Shown here piece after piece: positions 23,851 through 36,155 of a stretch of DNA of 64,000 nt. The position numbers and the translations under genes are program-made. The DNA comes from Octopus sinensis (Eukaryota), in assembly GCF_006345805.1 (NCBI RefSeq), contig NC_042999.1, forward strand, positions 72,602,001-72,666,000, read 5' to 3'. Under the pieces are notes generated by a model. It was not told where the DNA came from. It did no database searches and was given only the letters and a program-made list of their open reading frames with translations. The stretch's first letter is position 1; each line of letters starts with the position of its first letter.

Positions 23851-24290
23851 TTGGGTTGTCTGGAAAGTTCGTTCCGATTTTTAAAGGAAAGTAAAAGGTC
23901 ACTAAATACTTGCCATTACATTTTTAATGAACCAAATCTGAACCATTTCGTTGCACAATACGTCTCCATCTTTACCTTGAAAATACCCTCTTCCTAGAAT
24001 TGGCGTGGTTTCAAGGCAAAGAATTCGTCAAGGTATCTTTTTACGTCATCTAAGGAATTGAAATTTTTACCATTAAGACTATTCTGCAGAGACCTGAATA
24101 AGTGGAAATCCGAAGGGACAATATCTGGTGAATATGGAGGGTGAGGTATCACATCCCAGCCGAGCTGCAGCAATTTTTGTCTGGTTCCCAAAGCATCGAG
24201 TGCCGAAAATGAACTTTCTCATCTATTATTTTAAAGGGTTACAGAATTAACACAGGTTATAGGAACATAAACCTTCTTCCACGAAAAGAT
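23851..24290 (-). mobile_element. Mariner deletion derivative retaining only the catalytic C-terminus and one TIR
   Basis: TA|TTGGGTTGTC TIR; ORF has HPPYSPDIVPSDFHLFRSLQN; 5'UTR matches that of 51532-52105. Confidence 0.85.
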
Positions 24291-24451
24291 TGTATAAAAA
24301 TAGTTATTATCTGCATCATTTGAAAGAAAAATAAATTTTGCATAAGGTGTAAAAGATAAAAATAATTTGTATGGTGCTACTAACAAAATATTTTGTAAGA
24401 AATAGAACTTTTATCGTCTGTCTTAAATATATTTTCGCCAGTGTATATATC

Positions 24452-27015
24452 TCAGGTCATCCCATAAGTTCTGGCCGAATTTTGGGTAAAGAATACAAGT
24501 GATCAAATGTTATATTTAATTGAAAGTTAATCCTCAATGTACTTTCTCTGATTATCTATGACTTACTTCCATCTATTTACAAGCTTTTTAATCCCATCAA
24601 CGTAAAACTCTTTTGGTTTCAAAGCGAAGAACTCTGAAATGTCAGGTTCGACCTCCTCCTGACTTGCGAAAGTTATGTGTTATGCCCCGCTAATAATTCT
24701 GTAAACTATGAAACAAATGGTATCCTGAAGGAGTAAGGTCGGGAGAATAAGTTGAAGAAATTTTTCCAAACCGACCTCTTCGATCTTCTGTGATGTGATC
24801 TTTGCAGTGTGGGGTTGCGCATTGTCCTGATGAAACATCACTCGTTTTCGACTCACTAAAGCGGCTCTTTTTTCCTTCAAAGCTTGGTTCAAAAGCTCTA
24901 ATTGCTGACAGTAGACTTGAGCATTGATTGTTGCATTAGGTGGTAACATTATAAAGTGAATTACGCCTTTGCAATCGCACCAGATAGAGAGAAGAACCTT
25001 TTTCCCATGAAGTTCCCTTCTCGGTTGTGGTTGAGCATTTTCCCTTTTACCAAACCACTGTTTACGACGTTTGACATTTCGATAGAAAATCCATTTTTCG
25101 TCACAAGTCTATCGAAAAAGAGTGAAATGAGTTTGCGAGAATGGAGAGAAGAGCAGATGTCAACTCAGGATTTGCAGTTGCTTTCGGACAATACATGAGG
25201 CACCTATTTTCCAAGTTTAGGAATCTTTCCACGTTGTTGAAGATGACGATGAACTGTTGTATGGTTTGAAGTAAGCTTTATTGCCAATTTTTCAACTGAT
25301 AATGAAGGACTTTCTTCAAGTAATGCCTCAAGGAGCTTATCATCAAACTCAACTGGACGTCCTGTTCGATATTCATCTTCAATTTTGCAAACGATCTCCT
25401 GCAAGTTCTTTCATTCAAGCACTCTTTCTCATAAACTGAGTGTATGTTCCGAGTAACTTCGGCTGCAGAGTTACCTTTATTGCACTCATATGTGCCTTAA
25501 ATGTTCCTTGGATACTTCCATGTTGAAAGGGTTTTAATCAAAGCAATTTTAGGGTGTCCACGAAGTCTGGGTACCTGGAATAAAACCATAACATAAACAA
25601 ATAAATTTAAGAAATAAAAATTTTCCTTTTTTACTTTTGTTTAAATTAAATAAAAATAATACTTTACTTTTCTAGATTTATTTGTTATTTTTTTCTACAG
25701 ATGATCGAATGATGGCTCTGTCTAAAGAAGAAAGAATCCCAGATCGAATGATGGATCTGTCTAAAGAAGAAAGAATCGAGTTAGTATTATTAAGTGGACG
25801 AGAGGTCTTATCGCAAAATTGCGGAAGAATTTAATCTTCGACACCCTTATAGGCAACCTATTTTTTTTACTGCCGTCGGGAAATTGATCAAGAAATTTAA
25901 AGAAACAGGCAGTGTTTTGGATAAACCCCGTTCCGGGCGACCAAAGACTTCAGATGAAATGAAAGAGGCTGTCATGGCTAAAGTTTCTGCTAGCCCAAAG
26001 AAATCACTTCGTCGGACATCCACGGTGTTAGGTGTTCCAAAATCAACCATCCACAAAATGCTGGTTGAGGAAAAGTTTCATCGATACAACCTACAGATAT
26101 TGCATCACTTAAATGAAGACGACCCGGATAGACGAATGTAGACATGCGAATGGTTTTCAGATAAATTGGATGAAAATATCAATTTTACGAAAAACTTTGT
26201 ATTGTTCAGTGACAAAGCTACGTTTTATGTAAATGGTGATGTCAACAGACAGAATCTTCTATACTGGTCTCGAGGTAATCCACATTGAATGGATCCATCC
26301 AAACAGCAAAGCAGCAAAAAGGTGGTGGTTTGTGGAAAGCTCATGTTCTAGGACCCTTCTTCATTGAACATGTAACGGATGAGATTTATGTAAACATATT
26401 GAGAGACAAATTAATATCTCAAATTGAGCGCCTAGGCGAGGGATTTCCAAATTGGTTTCAGCAGGTTGGGGCCCCTACCCATTTTGCCACAACTGTTAGA
26501 GATTGGCTTAATGAAACTTTCCCTCATTGGATTGTAAGAAGGGGCCATATGGAATGGTTCCCTCGTTCACCAGACCCATCTCCCCTTGATTTCTTTTTCT
26601 GGGGGTATGTTGAAAGAGAAAGTTTACTCAATAAAGATTACAGATTTAAAACACATGGGAGAACGCATTACCAGTCAGTGTGCTGAAATTGATGGCAATG
26701 TAGACTTATTTAATCAAGTTCACCTGAATTTTGCAAGGCGCATCAAGTTATGCATTGAAAATGATGGAAATCACTTTGAAAATATTATTTAACATAATTA
26801 AATAAAATTGTTTTGCTTTAAAAGTATGTGTTAATCCCCATGTACGCAGACTTTGTGGACACCCTCTATTATTTTGTAAAACAATATTGAATTAGTTTAA
26901 ACGTACAAAAATGCATAAAATAATTTTTAATTGAATTAGACATTTCAAAATACTATTAAATTTCATTCAAATCTAAAAAAAGGTAAAATTGGACAGAACT
27001 GATTGGATGACGTGA
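24452..27015 (-). mobile_element. Decayed mariner (DD34D-type) element split by a nested insertion
   Basis: TIRs tcaggtcatcccataagttctg / cagaactgattggatgacgtga|TA; ATG at 25521; motifs GRPVEFDD, KLGKVP, FHQDNAQPH. Confidence 0.85.
25550..26866 (+). mobile_element. Nested IS630-Tc1-mariner element, rosa/DD41D-like, decayed
   Basis: TIRs agggtgtccac / gtggacaccct; HTH with GRPKTS; FSDKATFYVNG.VNRQN; QQ(D)GAP.H...W.PRSPD.SPLDFFFWG with about 40 residues between the last two catalytic positions. Confidence 0.85.
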
Positions 27016-27439
27016 TATATATAATCTATGATATTCTAGTAGGTTTCAAGTTTATAGCACCTTGGTATCTCATGTTATCTCATTTTATATGCCTAAGACA
27101 TTTATTTTCTATTCTGGTTTTTAAATATTTCTATACATTATATTTGTATCTATAATTTATTTTAAGCCGAAGCATAATACGATCCTTGTACAAACGAAAG
27201 AACAAGAATGTCCTCTGGAACTTTTATCTTCCACCGGTGTTTGTAATCGATGGTGACATGTGCGATGATTTTGCGATTATCTTATATTTTACAGAGAAAT
27301 TAGAAGCCCCAATGTAAGCCACCACTTTATGCATAATTCAATATTTATAGTTCTCTATTTCTAACTGAAATTCTATCCTCAATAATTTTAGATCTCTATT
27401 TCTAAATGTAATTCTTTTTCTTCTCGTTCAGCTTATAAC

Positions 27440-27720
27440 TATAAGACGCATTCTTGTCTGTCTCTTGATAAAGCTGTTTTTCTCTAACGTTCACCACTTC
27501 ACCTCGTTAGGGTTAAAGAGCCCTCACCGAATTTTTTTCACTGTCCTATTTTTGTTAGCAGCTTTGACGTTCCACGCATCTCAAATTTTATTTAATTTGC
27601 TTTGGGGGAGCAATTGCTTTGACGAAGACGCATCTTGTTACAATGCTCGCAATGCGGAGGAGGTAAAACTGCCAACAACAGAGGAAGGATTGTTTTTTAA
27701 AGCTGTCTTCGCGCTATAGT
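27440..27720 (-). mobile_element. Inverted Penelope-type terminal repeat (diverged copy of 28650-28840)
   Basis: Shares aaagcaaattaaataaaatttg and cggtgagggct with 28650-28840 in opposite orientation; hammerhead relic at 27483-27513. Confidence 0.55.
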
Positions 27721-27800
27721 TCTCTATATATATATATGACTGAAATTCTTCCTTTCTTTCTCCCAACCCGACCCGACCCGTTTGTAATAGTGACACCAAT

Positions 27801-28199
27801 GCCATAGCGTCGACTGTGGGCTGCTAGCTGTGTACAGTCGCCGCAATGTCGCCCAGAGCGAGCTCTGGTCGCCATAGCGTCGACTGTGGGCTCGTAGCTG
27901 TGTACAGTCGCCGCAATGTCACCCAGAGCGAGCTCTGGTCGCCATAGCGTCGACTGTGGGCTCGTAGCTGTGTACAGTCGCCGCAATGTCACCCAGAGCG
28001 AGCTCTGGTCGCCATAGCGTCGACTGTGGGCTGGTAGCTGTGTACAGTCGCCCAGAGCGAGCTCTGGTCGCCATAGCATCGACTGTGGGTTGGTAGCTGT
28101 GTACAGTCGCCGCAATGTCGCCCAGAGCGAGCTCTGGTCGCCATAGCGTCGACTGTGGGCTGGTAACTGTGTACAGTCGCCGCAATGTCGCCCAGAGCT
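27801..28199. repeat. GC-rich 70-bp minisatellite, ~5.8 copies
   Basis: Units start at 27801, 27871, 27941, 28011 (59 bp, 11-bp deletion), 28070 and 28140 (partial). Confidence 0.95.
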
Positions 28200-28200
28200 C

Positions 28201-28840
28201 ATATACTGCATTACTTGCCCAAACAGTAAAGAAAATTACATTGGCGAAACAAGTCATTCCCTCGGCCAGCGTGCAAGGATCTACAGGCAGCATTTCCAAC
28301 AAGAGGAATTACGCAAGATTCCATTAAGTAAGCATCTGGAAAAATGCAGCGACGGAAAATTCAAAATTTTTCCCTTTTACAAATGTGTACAGGACGATCC
28401 GCAATACCGAAAAGCAATGGAACTGCAATGCATCAAAAAATTCCCTATATATGCATGTATATATACATGCATATATGGGTACAGGACATAAAAAAAAGGT
28501 TGAACACAATGAGAAACGAAAACATAAAAACAAAAACATAGAAAACGAACTTTTTTTTGGAATGACGAAAAAAAACAGAGAAATGAGACATGCAACATAA
28601 AGAATATTCCCCTTCTTCAGTTGTCTCTGTTTCGTCTACTCCGTGTTCGAAGGCAAGGACAATACGCGACTTCATTGAAACAGTCCTTCCCACAAAGCAA
28701 ATTAAATAAAATTTGGGATTTTTTGCGGAGGGGGAAAATGGTAACAAGAATATGGCAGTGAGAACAAAACGGTAAAAACAAACGGTGAGGGCTGCTAAAC
28801 CAAGACGATAGAAAAATTATTATGAACGCTAGGAAGACGA
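28201..28840 (+). mobile_element. Penelope-like element 3' end: GIY-YIG endonuclease (28201-28446) plus terminal repeat
   Basis: Stop-free frame missed by the ORF track: IYCITCPNSKENYIGETSHSLGQRARIYRQHFQQEELRKIPLSKHLEKCSDGKFKIFPFYKCVQDDPQYRKAMELQCIKKF. Confidence 0.85.
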
Positions 28841-28859
28841 GCTTGTGCGTGCGCGCGCG

Positions 28860-29075
28860 CGTATGTGTTTATGTCTGTCTTTGACTCTCGCCATCGCTTG
28901 ACAACCGATGATGGTGTGTTTGCATCCCCGCAATTTAGCGGTTCGGCAGTAAACACCAATAGAATAAGTATTAGGCTTACAAAGAATAAATCCTGGAGAC
29001 AATTTGTTTGACTAAATATCTTTAAGGCGGTGCATGGCCGCAGTCATATGACTGAAACAAGTAAAAGAGTTAAAA
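28860..29075 (+). mobile_element. Family A SINE, 3' half
   Basis: cgcttgacaaccgatg...gcggttcggc...gactgaaacaagtaaaag. Confidence 0.7.
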
Positions 29076-29149
29076 ATAATAGAATATACCTATATATATA
29101 TATATATATATATTATGTGTGTATGCATATTTATGTATGTATGCGTATA

Positions 29150-29194
<45 letters not shown>

Positions 29195-30339
29195 TGTAAC
29201 TATATATGTGTGTGTGTGTGTGAGAGAGAGAGACAGACAGACAGACAGGGGGATGGTGTTATAACTTTTGACGAAGGATATTTACACCGGCTCGAAATAC
29301 TGGAGCTCTGCGAGCGAAGTCTCTTGAGAAACTTTTTTCTACATCGAGTTACAGACATTCGCTTGTCAGTATCATCATCAAAAATGCAGTCGACCAGTGT
29401 TCCTTGCACTGGAAACCTGTAACCAACGATGCTGTTGTTCACCTGTAGCGACATAAAATAAATGAAAGCATAAAAGAAACTAGTTAAATAGTATTAGACT
29501 CCCACTGGAATGAAACACAAAGCTAGTCTCAGAGGGAATTCAGATTTACGCTTAAGTAACGAAACTAAATATCAAAGCATAATTGTATTTTGTTTACCTT
29601 TTCCATACTAGCTTTATTACATATTTTAACATAAAACTGAACGTTTGTTTTTTTCATTTCATCGCTGAATTGTTTATTCTCAAAACAACTCTGTTTTTTC
29701 TAACCTAACCAATGTGCAATCTTGTACATTTGCAATGTGATTCTCTCTTCACTACTTCAGCAAATACGGTGAGATCTCTGCTTCACTCAGGTGGTCTTGT
29801 TATTACAGAAACATGTGGTAAGTTGTCTTCTTTATATGCTGAAATAGTGAAAATAATGGCGGATGTGCACGTATTATATGAGCGCCGTAATCGAGTTGAT
29901 CAGTTTAGTTGACATACAAACTCAAAACAAAGAATTTCTCCTCACTTCATCCCTGATCGTCCTAGAAAAGACTTACATTACCATGCTTGAGGATAGCGAG
30001 GAACACAGAAGCACACAACAACGATGATCAGAGAATGGATGAAGGAGAAGAGCCTTTCTATATGTGAAGTCCGTGAGACAGAGCGATAAACAAAAGCCAT
30101 CAATTCCATCCTGCTTAGGACCACTCAGCACTGGTATTATGTTTGAATATCATGTATTCATTGTTTCAAAATACGAAAGTAGTTGCAGCACCGTCCCAAT
30201 AAGCAACAGTAACATTTTGGAAACAACGTGTCTGTAACCTGTGAAAAAATACCTTTTATTATGACACCAGGAAAACAAAACTGATATTCATAAATTATTA
30301 TGTACCGTAAGTTAGTCAGTGCTCTAGGAAATAGCTATA

Positions 30340-31240
30340 GCCAATGTTTTATGTTCCAATTGTCCGAACTTTCCTCAAAATAAGAAACTCTGTTTACTTT
30401 TCGGTTGGCAGTACAGACTGCACAATGCACAAAACTAATGAAAACACCCTACATGGAGCAACCACTGCAGTGTATCAGAAGACCAATGCTCTAGGGGAAG
30501 TCATCGAACCCAGTCTAGAAAGTAAAGAGACAAAGAACCTATCAGTTGTCCATATCATGTAATCTTTCAAACAGTATAGCAAACCTGGAGTGGCCAATAG
30601 AGCACAGGAATTTCAGATTGACGCTATAAGGGCTACGGAGTCTTAAGAACTGACCATCTTAGGCTGGATCATAGCGTCTGCTCTATCGAGAAAAATGGAC
30701 AATGGACAATAGATCAGTATCCCTGATTATGCTGAATTCAAGCCACCCGTGTCATCTGACCATTTCTTTATACAATCTGGCGTACTATTGCTGTTACCAA
30801 AAGTTGCATACGAGTGGTTTACAATATAAGTGGTTTACACTGTTGGTTTACATGATGGGTTTACATAGCTGCATAAGTGGTTTACAATATTGACTGTGCT
30901 ACTGCAAGTATTCCGGTTGAACAACTCGGTCGTTGTTGAAGAATATTCAACGGTGCTTGAATATTCTTAAAGGAGATGATGTGGAAGCTAGCCTCAAGGG
31001 ATTAGCAGAAAAGAACATTGTAGTGGTTGCACTGAAAACATGTGGAAGCTAGCCTCAAGGGATTAGCAGAAAAGAACATTGTAGTGGTTGCACTGAAAAC
31101 ACTAGAAACGTCTATTGAGGCTTACGGTCCTGAAGCGATGATCATATATTTGTGTAAGGTTCATTGTTCAACCCATAAGTGTTCATGCAGCAGATATGTG
31201 TTTATATGGAAGTAACTTTTAACTGAAATGCTGGAAATGA
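30340..31240 (+). pseudogene. Heavily decayed transposase-like remnant (T.H.T..VYQ, IP.. F and C-terminal Cys-cluster motifs)
   Basis: Patchwork translation gives ENTLHGATTAVYQK, ISIPDYAEFKPPVS and YLCKVHCSTHKCSCSR in the order seen in large DDE elements with a CXC tail; many stops. Confidence 0.35.
30979..31100 (+). repeat. Perfect 61-bp tandem duplication
   Basis: atgtggaagctagcc...gcactgaaaac at 30979-31039 and 31040-31100. Confidence 0.95.
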
Positions 31241-32140
31241 CACCCAGAACAATGATGACTATATGTAATAGTATATTCTTGAACTATGGATCCAGTATAT
31301 AGTTCAATATGATAAATAACAAACCTGTTTTCATGCTTTATAAGCCCTTATCTATAATTTCAAAGAACTTCCGATATGAATTAATTATAAAGACAAGAGT
31401 TTTCATTTAACTTTGTGGCATTTTGATAATCCTGAGAACTATTTTGAGATCTTTATTGGCTTCTTTGATCCACATAATAAAGTATTAGCATACTTAGGTT
31501 TTCTGGATTGACAAGAAGCCGAAATTGTACAAAATATGCATTTTATGTTAGCTATTTTCACAATCTAAAATGGCGGCCATGCATGTGTTTATAAAACTAC
31601 CGACATTGATTTCTCAGATTCTCGTTACTTTGATGACTCTGAAAATGTAAAGGTTTGCAGAAACTTTGAATGAAATTATATTTGTTAACACAGCGATCCA
31701 GACCACCACATAATTTCTCGTACCTTCTTCAGTTAGTTTTTGTCACCAGAGCTAAGGCCATGCTAGAGCATTGCTTTATAATAACTCTTTGTCTAAGACG
31801 GCCAGATAGAAGAAACGTTACATTTCCACATGATATTGTATGTTTTACGTTGAACAATAAATGCTACATGTATTAACGAACCACATGTACTAAATAAACA
31901 TTTGTGCGAAATGCTAATATTGATAAATGGTTTAAACAGATTAGGCGTTATATTGATATTTCTTATATATATAAATATATATATATATATATAGATGTGT
32001 GTATTTTCCCTTGTTAACAATTGACACGGAAAAAATAGATAAATAGTTACCAGGGTAGCAAAAAATCACACAAGTAAAGAGGTTGTAACTCCTTGTTTTT
32101 AAAGGTAGAAACTTCGGGTTTACGTGGAATTTTTTGTATA

Positions 32141-32425
32141 ATGGCCCAGTGGTTAGGGCAGCGGACTCGCGATCGGAGGATCGCGGTTTCGATTCTCAGA
32201 CCGGACGTTGTGTGTGTTTATTAAGCGAAAACACCTAAAAGCTCCACGAGGCTCCGGCAGGGGGGGGCGACCCCTGTTGTTCTCTTTCGCCACAACTTTC
32301 TCTCACTCTCTCTTCCTGTTTCTTGAGTAACGCTGCGATGGACTGGCGTCCCGTCCAGCTGGGGGGAACACATACGCCACAGAAACCGGGCCCATGATCC
32401 TGGTTAAGCTTGAAAAGGGCAAATT
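32141..32425 (+). mobile_element. tRNA-derived SINE family D (V-domain-like)
   Basis: tggcccagtggttagggcagcggactcgc head and ctgcgatggactggcgtcccgtccag core; homologous to 41887-42161. Confidence 0.75.
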
Positions 32426-33485
32426 TTTTTTTTTTTTTTTGTCGCTGATGTAGTCTAGATTTCAGCTTTTCATTTGCAAAAGGTTATATACAACCAGTTA
32501 GACATATTACCTTCATATTTCTCTTTTGTTATTTTTTTTTCATTTAGGAAGTGTCTAATACTGAAAATAACACACTACATTTACTACGTCCTAATCAATT
32601 GGATAATTATGGTTAGGAGCTATACATCTTAACGGCATTAAGTTTTGTCTCACCATGTTCAAAACCACTTCAGTTGACTTTGCCTTTCGACTACGGAAGG
32701 TAATAAATGATGACAGGGTACGGAAATAGATTCAAATTCAATTGATTACATTCCTTTTTATGCAAACTTTGGATTTATGCCTAGTCAAAAGAATATAGTT
32801 GTTAGTTATAGAAAAACACTTCAACCGGAAGTTCGACAACCAATTGATTCGGCAGTTCTGATTCGTCACAACTTTATTAGGATTTGTCATCGTCCCCACC
32901 AATCTTATCGAGGTCCCTCGTAATCCCTCACAATAGTTGGTGACTATTTTTCTCCCAGCTATTGTCTACTTTCATTGACAACCTTAATAAAAGTTTCAAG
33001 GAAGTTGATTCATCTGTAATGACAAAATGATATTGATTTAAGATTACAATATATGTTGACTTAACATTTAAACTTGACACACGAGAAGTACCATTTCATG
33101 TAATTGTTATTTACGCACAGAACACCGCCTCAATTTAATATTCTATGAACGCTGACATGTCACGTTTTATGTAACTATGCGAGCTACTTTTAATCCAGGT
33201 CAATTTAATTTCCTATAAGATAAATTCTTTGGAGGTTTTAAACATTAACCCGTTCTGGAGACTAGACTTTAAAAGGTTTTAAAGGTATTAAGCTTTCTCC
33301 AGACGTTCTAATGCTTTGTCCGCTAAAGATTTCAACTGATTTTATTTTAAAAGTACATTATTAGGTAACATCACCAGCAAAAAATAAATGAAAGAATTTA
33401 TAATTATCAACGATGAGAATAAACCATAAATACAAACTTAAATTTCATCTGATTTCTCTTTCATGTATCCTTTTCTACTATAGGA

Positions 33486-33681
33486 ACAAGGCCCGAAATT
33501 TTGGGAGAGGTGCCCAATCGATTAGATCGACCCAAGTACGCAACTGGTACTTAATTTATCGACCCCGAAAGAATAAAATGCAAAGTTGACATCAGCGTAA
33601 TTTGAACTCAGAACGTAAAAAAAGACGAAATACCGCTAAGCATTTTGCCCGGCGTCCTAACGTTTCTGCCAGCTCGCCGCC
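33486..33681 (-). mobile_element. Family B SINE
   Basis: Reverse complement of the family B head and core. Confidence 0.75.
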
Positions 33682-34119
33682 ATCTCTCTTTCATATATTA
33701 TATACGAACTGTAAAAGCCAAACTTGATAAGTATTTTGAAAATCTGACAAATGAAATACGACTCAAACTATATATAGCAAAGAGAATGTATTAAGAAACA
33801 AAACTCTTCTATTTTAATTTGAAGACTTTTTCACTTAGAATTGGTGCAAAACGAGCAAGTGGATCTTATACAATTTAAAAGATTGCATCTCGTTTAAGGA
33901 AAGATTGGTATCTATCAAAACGAAAACAGATATGAATTTGAGAATAAGTCGAAGAGCAGCCACAGGACAGAACGAGTAATAATAAAAACGCTTGGCAAAT
34001 TGAGCAACTTTCCTCGAAATAAATATAGATTTAAACAATCTCGCTAAAGCCCGTAAATATAATTATTTTTAAAAAAGAGAATATTCTCAATGTTATTCAC
34101 TATTTTTATTCTGCTAAAT

Positions 34120-34370
34120 CCATGAAGTGGATTCGATCCACAATAGCCAAATTTAAATTAACACTGCAAAAGAACTTTTCCCATAGTGGAACAATGGTTT
34201 TTCTCTGACAGCAATTTTACATTTTTCCAGATTGCTTTTAGCTAGGCCAAAATAATGTCTTCACCAATTGACCCTTATAACCTCTTCTACTTCACCAAAA
34301 GCTAGAATAGAGATAACAAGACCACCAACTAAATCTATTGTTCACAATGATATGTCTATCCCAAGCAAAA
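34120..34370 (+). repeat. Unclassified dispersed repeat, copy 2
   Basis: Collinear similarity to the reverse complement of 1330-1710. Confidence 0.55.
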
Positions 34371-35739
34371 AGTGAGCTCAGTCACATGGTGACGACTCAA
34401 CCAGTTAGTCACCACGGTGACAACTCAGTGAGAACGTAGTCTGGCTGACCAGCTAGAACCTTGATCAGAGGGAGAAATGAAGTTTACTGTCAACAACTGT
34501 GAGACAACGTCCCACACCCTACAACTCTCACTAGCTCTAATTCTGTTCTCTTACAACATCATTCTATCTCTCTCTGTAATTACTACGAAACAATGCAGAG
34601 GACACAAACACAAACTTTGCTTCGCATGCTTTTGGATTTATCATAACCTGCCCGTCGAGGCAAGGTATTGTAACGTAACGGTAAATAAATATTTCCTTAA
34701 GGCTTCATATATTGTTCATCTTTCACATCCTACAACATGCCGTTATAACAACAAACTTTATCGTTACACAGCTATTCCTGCACCTATATTATAATATTTT
34801 TATTTTCATGGAAAAAACCATTGGTATAATTTTGATTATAAGTTAGATTTCTACTATACAGCTGGTTCGGAAGGAATGTTGTTTTAGCTTTATTTAAAAT
34901 TCTTGCTTATCTTCTTTGAGTGTTTTTTTAGTTGTTGTTGTTGTTTTTTATTGCTTCGTAAGGACCCTAAATAAAAATAGAGAATAACATTCTGAGATAA
35001 TATACATAAAATCTTGCATCTTGTGTATCTTGATAGATATTATATTTGGACTTCGTAAACTAATAGAAATCAACACCCCACTGGAAAAACCGTCTTTTGG
35101 TATAAAAAAAAACAATCATGCCAAGTATATAAGCATAACACACACGCGCGCGCAATACACATATGCACATGCACATACACACAGCCACCACCACCTGTGA
35201 CCCCATCAACTGCCCTATTAGTTTACTCACCCCAACAACAGCAGTTAACATCCTTATAGACACCATCGTTAAAGAAATTTTCAATGCACGCAACACATCC
35301 TGATTTTCAATTAACTTAGATAACAAAAGGGGTGTTATCTGAGTTATAGTATCACGACTAAGCTTACTTTTCACCCTAATTAACCCATGCTGACATACAT
35401 ACAGTAATTATGGTTTCCCCATAATCAATGGATAATTAATGCTAACGATATTTTTGATGAAAGGGAATGAGATGCTCTGACGTTTATCATACTTTTGCTG
35501 ACATTTTAAAGAAAAAATATTGTTACTGGGAATGGAAAACGTATCGCTTATTTGACACTCCACAAGCTCTTGGGTCCAGTCTGGCGGGGTAACTTTTAAC
35601 TAGTCATTCTTTAAGTCTAGACCAGAGATGAGGTAGCTGCGACTTCTTGAAAGGCTAAATGTGACCTGCTGAAAGAAGTCTACATAAATCCTACAAGGAA
35701 TACGACCGAACTTGAGTCAAATCAATACTGATAATACCA

Positions 35740-36155
35740 TGGATTTGCTTGTCAATTGCTTGATCATAACCAGTTGAACATGTCCCTTAGCGGCTGACGA
35801 TATGTGAGTCCCTCATCACGAGCAGAAGTAGTTGGGAGCATCATAACCAGGGGTTGAGAGGAATTCTTTGAGGTTTGAATAATTCACTTCTAGAAATATG
35901 GGTATTTCGTCTATCATCCTTCAACAACCCTTATTCAAAGACCTTTTGAGTAAGATGGGCTACTCGATTTGAAGAAAGTTCTAACTGCACCCCACCTGCA
36001 AGGTCGTGCACGGTTTATCTTGATATGAGATTACCTGTTGTGCACATATGGTTGTGATGCATGTGCTTGGTGTATTCTTATGGGTATATAGGGCTTCGTA
36101 TATTTGTACCCCTGTGTTACTTTGATGCACTGCTCTCCCACTCAATAATAATAAG
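35740..36155 (+). mobile_element. Probable LINE 3'-end-derived repeat with (AAT)n tail
   Basis: Ends gatgcactgctctcccactcaataataataa; recognised only as a common repeat type; no coding motif. Confidence 0.4.

Noticed and set aside
27714-28302. 165-aa and 127-aa repetitive ORFs, and a possible CRISPR-like array
   Set aside because: Products of the 70-bp minisatellite; the units are contiguous with no unique spacers and the context is eukaryotic.
34669-34768. TGTAACG...CGTTACA as a solo LTR
   Set aside because: Only 100 bp, with no TSD or PBS/PPT.
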